Origin: Eledone cirrhosa
Lineage: Eukaryota
DNA length: 64,000 nucleotides
Reading direction: 5' to 3'
NCBI GenBank assembly: GCA_964016885.1
Contig: OZ024741.1
Coordinates: forward strand, 162,006,001 to 162,070,000
Shown here: positions 13,470 to 25,660 of the stretch, in pieces
Layout: every line of letters begins with the position of its first letter
How positions within the stretch are numbered: position 1 is the stretch's first letter
The notes under the pieces: generated by a model
Told to the model about the DNA's origin: nothing
Seen by the model: only the letters and a program-made list of their open reading frames with translations
Database searches by the model: none
Position numbers and translations under genes: made by a program

Positions 13470-15760
13470 CTGAAAGGGTTGTAGGGGTAGAGTTCTCAAG
13501 CACCCGTCTAGCGAGTCCTGTCAGAAGCAACAATCTCCAATTAATCTGGCTGGATCACCAAGCTTGGCCAGCCAAGCTCATAGATGTTATCTAACCATCT
13601 TGCAATGGGCCTACACCTAGATCTCTTGCCTGTTGGTTTTGCCCATAAAATCTGTCCAGCGATACTTTCCTGAAACATTCTAACCACATGCCCACAGTAT
13701 CAGAGCTGTGATCTCTCAATTCAGAGAAGAAGGGGCTCTACCTGGAGTGACTCTCTGATCTCTGAGCTACACACTGTATCAAGTAAGGTTACACCAAAGA
13801 CCCTTCGGAAGAACGTCATTTTGACTGCTTGTATTCATGATTTTATTCTTTTGGTCATTACCCAAGATACATGACCATAGGTAAGGGTTGGTATGAATAC
13901 CAAATTGAAGATAACGAGTTTGGCTTTTACACCTACCTCCCTACCTCTTCTGATGAAATACTGAAGCTCCTGCAATTATTGTACTTAATTCAGTTTCCTG
14001 CCTTCCATCACCCATGAACACGACCCTAAGACTTGAACTTCTCCAACTGCTTCAGTGGAACTCCATTCACATGTAGAGTGCACTGAGCAAGCTTCCTTGA
14101 AAGGACAAGTGTCTCAGTTTTCACAGCACTGATTTTCATTCCAGCCATGCAGCATTTGGCATCAAACCTACCAAGTGCAAATCAGAAATCACCTTCTGTT
14201 GAGTTAAGTAACACCATGTCTGCAAATTCCAGCCGACTGATTTAACACCTGCTAGTCGTGATACCACTTCCAACCCAGCTGCGCATATCAAAATAATGTA
14301 GGCACCCTTGGCAGAGTCCAACTCCCACATTGAATGGTTTTAATTTAGCACCATTTATCCAAAGGCATTCATATAGAGATATCAGGGCAACAAGAAGCCA
14401 TCCATCGAACCCATACTCCTGCAGAACCTTCCACATGTCTCTTGGAACATGGTCATATGCCTTTTTGACAATACTCCCATGATTTCTCAAAGACCTGCTG
14501 TAGTGTGAATATTTTGTTGGCTGTGCTGCATTCAGGGGCGAAAACCACACCTAGCTTGAACGGGACAATATCCCTACATCTCTTTGCCAGACACTTAGCA
14601 TAGACTTTATCAGGAGGCTTAACAAAGAAATTACTCAATAATTAAAGCAATCTCTCTTGTCTTCCTATTTGAAGATTAGGATTATCACTCCTGATTGCCA
14701 TTACTTAGATGCCTTTATAGAGATCCAGACCACTTGGCACACACAAGTCAGCCACAGATTACCTTCTCTATTCAAGGTTTTTAACATTTCAGGCAGAATT
14801 TTATCCTCCCTAGAGGCCTTACCACATTGCTCTTGTGACTTCAGCCTCCATGAGGCTAGTCATCACTCTCAGATGCACCTTGTGTACATCGAAGATGCTG
14901 TTGTGACCGGGATTCTGAGAGAAGAGAACCCTAGACGCATTCCTGATAGCATGGGTGACCTGAAGTCAGATTAGCTGACAGCTCAGCCACTCTAACATGG
15001 ACATCCAACACAGAATCAAAGAGATCAGAGACAATAATAAAATCAATTATTGAACTTTGTCCCCAATTCCGCTTATACCCTGTGTATTTATGGGTGTCTT
15101 TGTGCTATATCGGAGTCACCATTTCTTCCAATCACTCCTTTCCATGTCGGGTGGTAAGTGCCAACATGTGCATTGAAGTTTCCTATTAGGATATATGACT
15201 CAGTCTTAACTATATCTAATGCTGCAGTGACTTTATCAACAAAGGATCTGTACTTGGGCTCTCTGTTTGGCACATAAACTTGCACTGTCGACTTCACGAG
15301 GCAAATCTCTCTTCCCAATTGGATCCAGTTCATAACACAGCAGGGGGCTTGTGAGTATCCCCACTCCTACCTGTGCAGTGGTTTCTGGCACTACCCCTGA
15401 ATAGTTGAGTTTCCAGCCTCCCTCCAAATCTACAGTACCACAGCCACAGAACCCCATCTATATTTAGCTGGTAGCATCTGGCCTCCTCAACTAGTTCCTG
15501 ATCGCTGCCTATATAGGTTGTAATGTTCCAGTTGCCAATTGTCAAGGTTTGCTCCCTTTCAAACCCTCTCTGGGGTCTTGGGGTACGCAGCCTTTATGCT
15601 TCCATCCCACACCTCCCTGGACAAGTCACAGACCCATCACCAGTTCTTGCAACATTGGGTAGAGACTGCAATATATTTTTCAAATAGGCCCCTCTACCTA
15701 AGGCCTGAACATGCTCCTTGTTATCCTGTGTGAAGGACAATGTGGTATGGATGGCTTTAC
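13470..15760 (-). mobile_element. RTE (Rex3/Expander-like) LINE, near full-length, internally deleted pseudogene
   Basis: APE motifs (TIGNWNIT, GVGILTSP, ILIGNFNAHVG) at 15088-15545; RT motifs (KVYAKCLAKR, KKAYDHVPR, FNVGVGLCQGC) at 14242-14640; 3' region homologous to 20390-20600 and 53860-54200. Confidence 0.9.
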
Positions 15761-16899
15761 TATTTCCTGCCATATTTGCAGTGTTTTGTTGGTCTCATTC
15801 ACACCAGTCACCAATTTGGTACTTTTCTGTGAAAACTAAGATTTTTAGAGGCAACTTTTACTTGTCTCCTTATAGCTACATCACTGAATTGTAAGAATTT
15901 TCTTGGGAGCTAACAGTGTCGCCCATTGCTCCATCTCCCCTTGTAGTTTACCACTTTGGTCCAAGACTGCTTATTTGTCTGATAGGAGCCTTCTATATCG
16001 CGACTAATCATCATATGTGATGGTTATATCATTATCCACCCCCTGCGACCCATTCTGTAGCAGAACAGCTCTGCCAAATTTTTTTTAGAGATTTGTGATG
16101 GGGTAAGTGTTTGTGACGTAAAAGGAAGAAACATTTACAGTGTTTTTTTTTTGTGCATTTCTATGTGTGTGTTTCTTTAGTTTTTATTCCCTTCTTTCAT
16201 TATATGTTCTTTGGACCATCAACAATTACCTACATATAAAATTTCAGCACAAGAATCACATACACCAACATTTATTTAAACTTTTTATATATTTTGAGAC
16301 CTGACCTTTATGGGATACATCCCCTCAGTTAAAATTCACATAGGAGCGTACTGCACATGTATCTGATACAGTGCTGTTATATAAACACCATTTGACCAAC
16401 TAAGCAAGATTTACTCAGCTTCAATCTCAAGCTCACAAATTACTATTTTTTTTCTTCTTTCTATTGCTTCTACAACTACTACAATGCTCCTCTGAATAGA
16501 CAAATTGTATGGTATCCTTACCCAAATCCACCTGATGTACTCATCTGTCCTCTTCCAGTCACCTCTTTCGATATAACCCAGATCCTGCACTTAACACTTA
16601 GCTTAATTTAAACATTCTTTCCCTGAATTGCATCCCTCTCAGACTCTTTCCATCTCATTAAAATTTTCCTGCAGCTGTCAACGCTACAAAAATTTAAAGT
16701 GGACACCAACCTCATTAATCTCACATATCAATGAAGAAAAAACAAAACAAAAAATGTGGTGTGAGAGAGTATTCAGAGAATTATGTTCTGTGTTCAGAGA
16801 GTGTGTATACACACATACATATGTTTAACATCTATTTTCCATACAAGCCTTATATGTTTACATTAAACTCACAAATATTTCTGTATTTCTTACTTTCAG

Positions 16900-17463
16900 G
16901 TTACCGATTCTTCAAGGCTGTTATGTTCTTAACTGGTTTCATCTTTGGCACAGTGGTTGTATATATAGTCTGTATAGAAGAAACAGTATTGCCGAAAGAG
17001 GCGAACATTGGCATTGCAGTGGGTGCCGGCATAATCTGTGGACTGATTACTATGCTGGTCCAGTATGTTGGACTTTTTCTGACCGGATTCCACTTTGGTG
17101 TTGGTCTTTCAACTGGAGTGTTGGTCACAGTTGACCAGTTCCATAATATTGCCAACAAATGGATACCAATTGGTGTTCTCATTGGTGTTGGTATTTTATT
17201 TGCACTGCTGACTCTGAAATTCCAGAAGGCAGGCACGATTCTTGGCACAAGTGTCTTTGGTGCCGCCTTGATGGCAATTTGCCTGGACTATTTTATAGAA
17301 AAATTCCTGATCGTGAACTATGTGTGGGAGTGTATCAAAGTGGAGGATTCTGATCCACCCTGTTGGTACAGCTGGCTGATTCTCGGATGCTGGCCTTTCT
17401 GCTTCCTTGTAGGCTCCTTGACCCAGTGGAGGATAACGGGACAGAGTTCAGACCATCATGAAA
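16900..17463 (+). CDS. TMEM198: TMEM198 coding exon 2 (multi-pass TM region, GYRFFKAVMFLTG...CWYSW...DHHE)
   Basis: Acceptor tactttcag at 16891-16899; donor A|gtaagt at 17464; phase 1-1, 564 nt. The motifs GYRFFKAVMFLTG, VGLFLTG, DYFIE and CWYSW are characteristic of TMEM198. Confidence 0.95.
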
Positions 17464-18959
17464 GTAAGTAATTTTTAATAAAATGTGTGTGTGCTTGTGC
17501 CTTTGTGTGTATTTGTGATATAACTGTTAGTTGTATGATGTTGAATAAGATAAAATCAACATCAAAACAATGATGGTAATCATGTATTTAGGATGAAATG
17601 ATTCATATTGGAATTAAAAGCTTCCCTCATCATTTTTATATAGAAACTTTTGCTAAGTTATGATCTAAACTCCTACTTATGTAACGAAAAAGATATTTTA
17701 CTAAACCAGTCCAAATATTTTATTTTGAAAATTAAGACAAGAGACAGTGTATTTCAGTAGAGATTGTCCAGCATTTACTAACAGGGGAAATGGACGTTAA
17801 ATAGTGATGATGATGGCAGCATTAGTGGTGACAGTGGTTCAAAGGGGTTAAAAATACTTTTGATTTAATAATAATAAACTTTGTCGGAGGGGTTCTAGTT
17901 ATAAATACATTTTTATCCTTAACACAAATAAAAAAAAAAGTAAATATCAAAGCAACTAACTAGATAGGGAGAAAAAAAAATGCATGTAATTAGTTATATC
18001 TTCTCTAGTAATGAAAAGTATAATTAATAATGTTGATGTTTGCCAAATCATCATCCTTTTTTCTATGCTAGAGAATATTTAAAATACTTTGGCCTTTATT
18101 TGAGAGTATGAAGCTCTACAAATAGCATATGGCCTACTGAGACTCTTTGTAGAATAAAAATCAAAATAGTCTATTTTGTCTTAATATACTCTCATTAACT
18201 TGAGCTTTTACTATATTTATTTATTCTTTCACTGGTTTCAGTCATTCAATTGCAGCTATTATGAGACACAGTCAGTTATATCGATCTCAAAACTTAGTTT
18301 CATACACATTTCAATGATCTCTATTTATTGATTAGTTGACTTAGGCCACTTTTAGTAAGTTACCTCCCTTCAAATTTATATAGTAAAAGTATTGGTTTGG
18401 ACAATGTGTATTCTATTACTTCCCACTGATAAGGTGTAAATGGATGTATATACCACAGATACATGTACACTTAATGTAATCCTAGAGGAGAATCAGCATG
18501 TTACATGTGTGACAAGGCTGGCTTTTTGAATTCCAGGTACAAACCATCCAATGGGCTTCCACTATTTCTGCCTATAAATCCCCTTCACAAGTCTTTGTTC
18601 AAGAGAGAAAACTATGTTGGTATGGCCATGTGATGCATATGGGGGATGAGAGCTGCATAAAAAAGTGCAGTCAATGGAAGCTGTGGAAAAGGAAGACCTA
18701 GAAAAACATGGGGCAACATGGTAAAGACTAATCTCAAAAAGTTAGACATCATGGAGATGACACAGGATTGAGTCAACTGGCGATATTCCATACTACAGAA
18801 GACTCACATTCTTACAACACACTAATGGGATTGAACAAGCATGGAGAGGAGGGTGTAAAAAGCATAAAAATATAGCAACATTTAGGTTATCTTCTTACAT
18901 TTCTCTCTCCCCACTATCTATTTCCCCCATCTAGTCTTCTCCTGTGCACAATGGTATAA

Positions 18960-20610
18960 ACAGGTGTGAAAGGTCACGACAGAGACAGTAAAAGCATCCA
19001 AGGTTAAGAAATGGGAAGACATTTGGTTAATTTGGTGTCCGACTTTAAATCAGCAATTAAAATATTTTGGCAGACCATCTGCTGACTTTGTAATAAAAAG
19101 TCCCCTCCATGCCTGCAATCAGGAATTCGACTGAAGATACTTCTTGAAAAGAGGTGCTTCCTCACAAAGTGGAGAGAATGCTTTGATCTAAATCTGGCCA
19201 CAACAATATCTTCTGATGAATGAGGTGCATTTAGCAACAAAGACTAACCTTTTGGAGGCTGAGATTACCAGAGCAACTAAAGCAAAGGCCTCTGGGGAGA
19301 ATAAAGTTCAACCTGAGATGTTAAAAACCTTAAATAGTGAAGGTATATCAGGCTGTGTTGTCTGTGTCAGATGTCCTGGATCTCTGGAATGGCACCTAAG
19401 AAATGGTAATTGGGAGTAATAATCTCAATTTTCTAAAAGGCTGGTAAGGGACATTGCTCTAATTATAGAGGAATTCATTGTTAAGCCTCCCCTGTAAAGT
19501 CTATGCCAAGTGTCTGGCAAAGAGATGTAGAGATATTGTCCTAGCTAACTGACTAACTGTGGTTTTTGCCCTGGACATAACACAGCTGACCAAATATTCA
19601 TTCTGTGGCAGATCTTTGAGAACTCGTAGGAGTATTGCCTAAAGACATATGTTTTTTTTCTTGGGCCTCAAAAAAGCATAAAAACACCTTCTACGGGACT
19701 TGTGAAAGCTTCTACAAAAGTATTTGGTTAACAGACAAATTCTTGTTGCCTTGAAGTCTTAGTGTTTGTGTTCTGATGAAGTCAAAACCATTCAATGTGG
19801 ATGTCAGACTTTGCTATGGGTGTGTATTGTCACTTCTGTTCATAAGCTTCATAAACAGGATTAACATGCACAACCAGGCTGGAAGTGGTATCAAAACCAG
19901 AGGGTGTAGGACCAGCTCAAATTTGCAGATGATATGTTGCTACTTAACTCATTGGAAGGGGGATCTCTATCATTCACTGGATAGGTTTGCTGCTGAGTGC
20001 TGCATAGACTGAGAACGCCTGCACAGTGCACTCTACATATGAGTGGAGTTCCACTGAAGCAGATGGAAAAGTTCAAGTATCTCAGAGCTGTTTTCATGAG
20101 TGATTGAAGGCAAGAAGCTGAATTGAGTGTAAGTTGGTACAGTAATGTGCCAGCTTCAGCCACTTAATCATCAGAACGGGGCAAGTAGATATAAAAGCTA
20201 AACTCACTATCTTCAATTTGGTCATGAATCCTGGGTAATGTCTGAAAGAATACAATTGTGAATACAAGCGGCTGAAATGGGGTCCATCTGAAGGGTCTTT
20301 GGAGTAATATCATTCAATAGGGAGTTGCTCTAAGTAGGGCCACTACTTTAGCTCTGGTACTATTGACATGTCATGTGGTTAGAATATATAAGGAAAGAAT
20401 CATTGGACAGATTTTATGGGCAAAGCTCACTGGTAGGAGACCCAGAGACTGACCACAAGCAAGATGGTTGGATAACATCCATAAACTCAGTTGGTGTCAC
20501 TTGGCAATCCAGCTGGATCATTCAGAGATGATTGCTTCTGATAGGACCCTCTACAAGGCGTGTCTGAGAACTCTCCTCCCCATTACCCTCTCCTGAATAA
20601 ATGGGCAAAG
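18960..20610 (+). mobile_element. RTE (Rex3/Expander-like) LINE, decayed, inverted relative to 13470-15760
   Basis: KASGENKVQPEMLK, aaagtctatgccaagtgtctggcaaagagatgtag and PFNVDVRLCYGCVLS; 3' end similar to the 13.5 kb copy. Confidence 0.9.
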
Positions 20611-20908
20611 ATTCATCATCATCATCATCATCATCACCGTTTTACGTCCGTTCTTCCACGCTAGCATGGGTTAGACGGGTTGTCCTGTTGTGGGCAGTGT
20701 CTGGTCGGCTGACCATGCCTTGCTCATACAGGAACTGATTTGGCTTGATTTCTACAGCTGGATGCCCTTCCTAACACCAACCTCATTTACAGTGAGTGCT
20801 GGGTGCTTTTTCGTGGCGCCTACACGTCCACTTTACAGTGTGGGCTGGGTGCTTTTTTGCCGTGGCACCTCCACGACCATAGATTATATATATATATATA
20901 TATATATA

Positions 20909-21828
20909 TCATTATCTATAAAAGGCAGATTGTTGTTTTTGTTGTGTGTGTGTGTGTGTGTGTGCATGTTCCATGTTTATACATTTGCACAATTTCAAAC
21001 CGATTCGACTCAGTCTGTAAGAATGTTGTAAATGGTCTAACTTAGGTCAACGACTATTTATTTCATTCAAACTCACCCACAATTACGGAAATAATCAATA
21101 AAACTAAATACATGACGCTTTAACCCTCTAATAGAATCTGATTACTTCTCTCTACTCCCCTTAAAATTCGATAAAACTACATACATGCTTACAAACTTCC
21201 TTTAGAAACGCCGAAGAGTGAGAGGGAGAGAGAGAACGTTTGTTTTTGAGTGTGGAACGGTCAAACATTTATTTACTTCAATGACAAAGAGAACTTATTA
21301 CATTTCATACGAAACAACAATTATTCAAAAGCAACAGATAAATTTATTCAACAACAAAAAAAATAGTGATAAATCTTTTTTAAAACCTCTCAACGAACGT
21401 GGAAGATAGAAGTATCAGTTTATTTACTATACACAATAATATCCTCTATGAGGTCACTAAACCTGCTAGAAACAGCAGCTAACTCTCCCCCATATCACAC
21501 CCCTCCCTACTGTCTTAAATTTAGAAAACACACATTAGACAACCATGCAGAACAACTCCATCGCAGCTCTGTTGTTCGGCTGGCATCATCTATGCACGTG
21601 TTGCGCAAGTACTGTGAAACAATAAATTTCAACACTTCTTTGCACAGAGATAATATCCATAGGCGAAAGTACAATTGTCACTGCTGGCGCAATTCCTGCT
21701 TCGGCAGTCCAGGTCTGCAATTCATTCACCCAGTGCCTGGCAGACAAAAAAGTGCTGCCATAAAATAGGTGGTGCAACCTAACTTTGGTAACTTACTGAC
21801 CCCGAGCAACGCCGGGCTTTAATGCGAG
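20909..21828 (+). mobile_element. Non-autonomous Helitron
   Basis: a|TC start followed by tataaaagg and a (GT)n tract; 3' hairpin cccgagcaacgccggg followed by a decayed CTAG (cgag)|t. Confidence 0.6.
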
Positions 21829-21981
21829 TATATATATATATATTTACAGTTAGGGATGAAAACACTGATTGATCGGTAATAGCCCTGAAATATCATGCTA
21901 AATTACACTGGGTAAAACATTACTTGGTTTTGTTTAATTTGTCATTTTCCCTTCATATTTTTCTACTGCATTGTACTGACT

Positions 21982-22196
21982 TTAACCCTTTAGCATTAAC
22001 ATTATTCTATATATACTATTATATTTTCATGGTAAAGGCTTTACCTCACATAATATCGAATCTATGAGATTTTGAAAGTATTTATTTTGAGAACAATACA
22101 TTAACAACAGTTTGAACGACCAGTTACAGCTGGTTTGAACAGAAAAAGGTAGAGAATTCTGGCCGGTTTTCTCCGATTTGAACATTAAAGGGTTAA
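21982..22196. mobile_element. piggyBac-type MITE (family A, copy 3)
   Basis: TTAA TSDs, TIRs and shared internal sequence. Confidence 0.85.
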
Positions 22197-22256
22197 AAAA
22201 AAATCAGTTCCCGTCCCACCCTTGCAAGCAGGGAAAAGCAGAGAGAGGTAAAATGA

Positions 22257-22259
<3 letters not shown>

Positions 22260-22292
<33 letters not shown>

Positions 22293-22733
22293 GGAAAAAA
22301 TGAAACGAAATTTCATTTCTCACTCTTAGTATGGCTGTTACTTAAAAATAAGTATGTATACGTACATACATATATGTATACAGACATACAGTAGTATATA
22401 TAAATATACATACATGCTCAGCCGTTAATATGCATAAGGAAAGTATATACTTTCAGACGTTCAACTATCTGGCAGGAAGGTATACGTTGCTGACGATAGC
22501 TAATAAGCTTAAAACTAGTACAGCGTTCCTTTGTCAGTGTTGAACAAATGAGCAACGATGGTTGCTAGACACTGTACGGCTTAATTCGGGATGGTTGTTT
22601 ACAAACACACCGGGCATTATAATAAATGTTCGGTGAATCCATACGTACATATATATATGTGTGCATGTATGTATGTATATATATATACATACTACTGTAC
22701 GTCTGTATACATATATGTATGTACGTATACATA

Positions 22734-22800
<67 letters not shown>

Positions 22801-23020
22801 ATACTTAGGGAGGGTCATGTTGCCAATAAGAAACACACGCACCAGTTGCTTTCACTTCAATTTATTATAATAAATTTATAAATTTATTATAATAAATTGA
22901 AGTGAAAGCAACTGGTCCGTGTGTTTCTTATTGGCAACATGACCCTCCCTAAGTATAACAATATCGGTTTCAACACACAATTTCAGATAAAGAATCTTGC
23001 TAAACAAATTCAGAAACGAA

Positions 23021-23107
<87 letters not shown>

Positions 23108-24540
23108 AAAATTACACAGTTATATTAGGTTCATGCTTGGCGGAAGATATATATTTATTTATAATTAAAGATATATATATATCTAGTCGGTGCAACGTGC
23201 AGTTACTGTAGCTTCACCCGAGTGACCACTCGAGGCGTAGTTTCCTCGTCTGTAAAGAGATGTGTAAATATAATAATAAAAAGACGATTTGTTATGTCTT
23301 TATTAGATTTATTGAGTAGTGATGCACGTTTTGCTATTGATCAGCATTACCACAGCAGAGGTCTGATGAACTTTTGATTCCAGAGTCTGGCCAGATCGAT
23401 ACAGATCAAACCTTGAGCTGATCAATAGCAAAGCTTGTGTTACTACTCAATATATCTAATGAAGATATAACAAATCGTCCTTTTATTATTATTATTATTA
23501 TATATATATATGTGTGTGCGTGTGTGTATATATATATTATAATATTGCCAGAAATATATGATTAGACACACTCACTGTTTGGTTTGGATTGGTTTTCACT
23601 TCTGTCTATTTTATATCCCTATAATTAATTTAGGTGGCAATCAATGTTTATCATTGATTGACTAACTGTTAGAAATATAAATATATATAGTCTATCAAAG
23701 TTCTTTCATCACACACCTGTGACATCATCAGTGGTACTATTATGTTTCTTCCCATTGTATTGTGATGTCTAGACATTACAAGAACTTAGATATATTTTTA
23801 ACTCTTGGTCAATCAATGATAAACATTGATTGCCAGCTAAATTAACTATAGGGATATAAAATATACAGAAGCTAAAAACCAATCCAAAACGAAAAGTGAG
23901 TGTGTTTTATTATATATTTCTGGTAATATTATAACAATATGACCCTCCCCAAATATAACAATATTTGTTCCAACACACGATTTCATATGGAAAACCTTGC
24001 AAAACAAATATATATATATATTGTATATATAAGTGCGTCAAGCAGCCAAAGTGTACAATAAAATTATATCACTATATATACTGAGTAGGTAACCGAGACT
24101 GCGCCAATGTGTATATAAATATAGGCATGGAAACATGCCAGAAATATGAATTTCCCTGTAAATTGGAAAAAAAGTAAACATCTTTAATCAATATTCAAAC
24201 CTAGTTATGTCTTCATCAGAAGGTGAGTATATCATCTAAACAACCACAGGGAAAAACTTATTTGATAAGCTTTAATACCCATTCACTCACAATAGAATTC
24301 TGAAATGGACGTACTAATTTGCATATAATTTACATGTTTGTTGGTAATTAAGATATATATATTAAATATGTGTTTCCTTGTGGTTGTTTAGACGATACAC
24401 AACCTGCTAATGAAGACCCAACTATGTCCAAAAATTGATTAAAAGTGCTTATCATTTTTGCAGCTTACAGGGAAATTCATATTTCTGACATGTTTAAATA
24501 TCTGTATATTAAACATGTGTATATTTATATATATATATTA
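22260..24540. mobile_element. Cluster of (TA)n-flanked palindromes / Penelope-like pseudo-LTR relics in TMEM198 intron 2
   Basis: Inverted repeats at 22793-22964, 23271-23490, 23537-23934 and 24131-24495, separated by (TA)n; decayed hammerhead cores at 22484-22526, 23353-23420 and 24178-24226/24401-24447. Confidence 0.7.
22484..22526 (+). ncRNA. Minimal type I hammerhead ribozyme, G12A variant (probably inactive)
   Basis: acgttg-CTGACGA-t-AGC taataa GCT-t-AAAA-ctag-TA-cagcgt. Stem I is 6 bp, stem II 3 bp, stem III is the palindrome ACTAGT; GAAA is mutated to AAAA. Confidence 0.65.
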
Positions 24541-25299
24541 GTCTTAGGTTAACTTTAATGAAGCCAACTTTTAATCAAAGGAATTTCTAGCAGTGACCAT
24601 CCTATCTGTTTGTTAGGTACAGTTAAGCTAGGGTTACATTATTAAATGTGTCTTAAGAGAGTACGGTATGATTTGTCTACTTCTATTAGATCAAACAACC
24701 ACATAAATACTTTCTCATTGGCTTACATAGAAGCTCATTCATTGACCCAGAGAATGGTTATATGGAGGAATAGGGTACCTGAAGTTTATCTAATTGAAAT
24801 GTTTTGTAAAAACATGAAAATAAGAGAAATAAGTCTGGAAGATTTTAAATTATCAATTTAGAATTTTATGAGTCAGTTGTAGAAATTTGTAATAATCAAA
24901 TTTTTTTTGTGCTAGCTTCATTAATGACAATAGTTACTGACTTGTAGAGTCAACAAGGGTTCTTTTATAGATTTGCTTGCTTTGCTAAAACTAGATACCA
25001 AATCTCTCACAGATCACACTATTATAAAGAATGGAGTGGTACATTCAATACTATAGTTCTAGATCTACTGGGAAAAAAGATGGCATGGTTGCTGCTGGAA
25101 CACTTTTGAACATTGATCTGGGTTGGCCTGTAACTAAACAATAACAATAATCTTTCCATATTTATTGAGGGCGATAGAGTAAAACATTTCTAGACATTTT
25201 GTGTGATAAACGTTAGCAACAAGAATTCAGTAGAAATATTAATTTTCTGCATGGACACGAGAGATTAAAATGATATAGATATACGTTATGTTGTGATTA

Positions 25300-25660
25300 T
25301 CATCATTATCAAGTTCCCACAACTGGTGCAGCCAGTCATTAAGGTACCACTCTTGACGTTCTAGTGCAGCCAGTCGGTGGAGTGTCATTCTAGATTGTAT
25401 GGTGTAGCCAGTTGTTGGGGTGCTGCTCTAAACATTCTGGTACAGCTAGTCATTGAGGTGCCACTTTAGACATCTTCATATCCATGTCACCATCATGCAT
25501 AGAAAGGTCATGATCTTGTGGGACCAAGATTTTCTTTGTCTGCCTCTTTTTTTGCCCTCCTTCAACTATGCGCTCATGGACGGTTTTAGACAGAGTTGTG
25601 GCAGGATACGTGATTGTACCATCTGAGCTTCCATCTTTTTACCATGTTGATCTGTTGTGG
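25300..25660 (-). mobile_element. RTE (BovB-like) 3' end with a 4x 38-bp tandem amplification of the 3' UTR
   Basis: Minus-strand VEGGQKK..RQRKSW-like motif; the repeats match the reverse complement of the 3' UTR at 45340-45390. Confidence 0.65.

Noticed and set aside
16731-16899. N-terminal part of the 246-aa ORF
   Set aside because: Intronic read-through upstream of the acceptor at 16899; TMEM198 similarity starts at GYRFF.
22591-23211. YIYI / RERE / LSLS ORFs (similar ones at 35.8, 51.0, 52.3 and 55.9 kb)
   Set aside because: Stop-free dinucleotide microsatellites.
23183-23260. Minus-strand CAGACGA...GAAG hammerhead-like string
   Set aside because: Two core deviations and stem I does not pair.
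25323-25475. Four 38-bp repeats resembling a CRISPR array
   Set aside because: No unique spacers, eukaryotic context, and the unit matches an RTE 3' UTR (compare 45340-45390).
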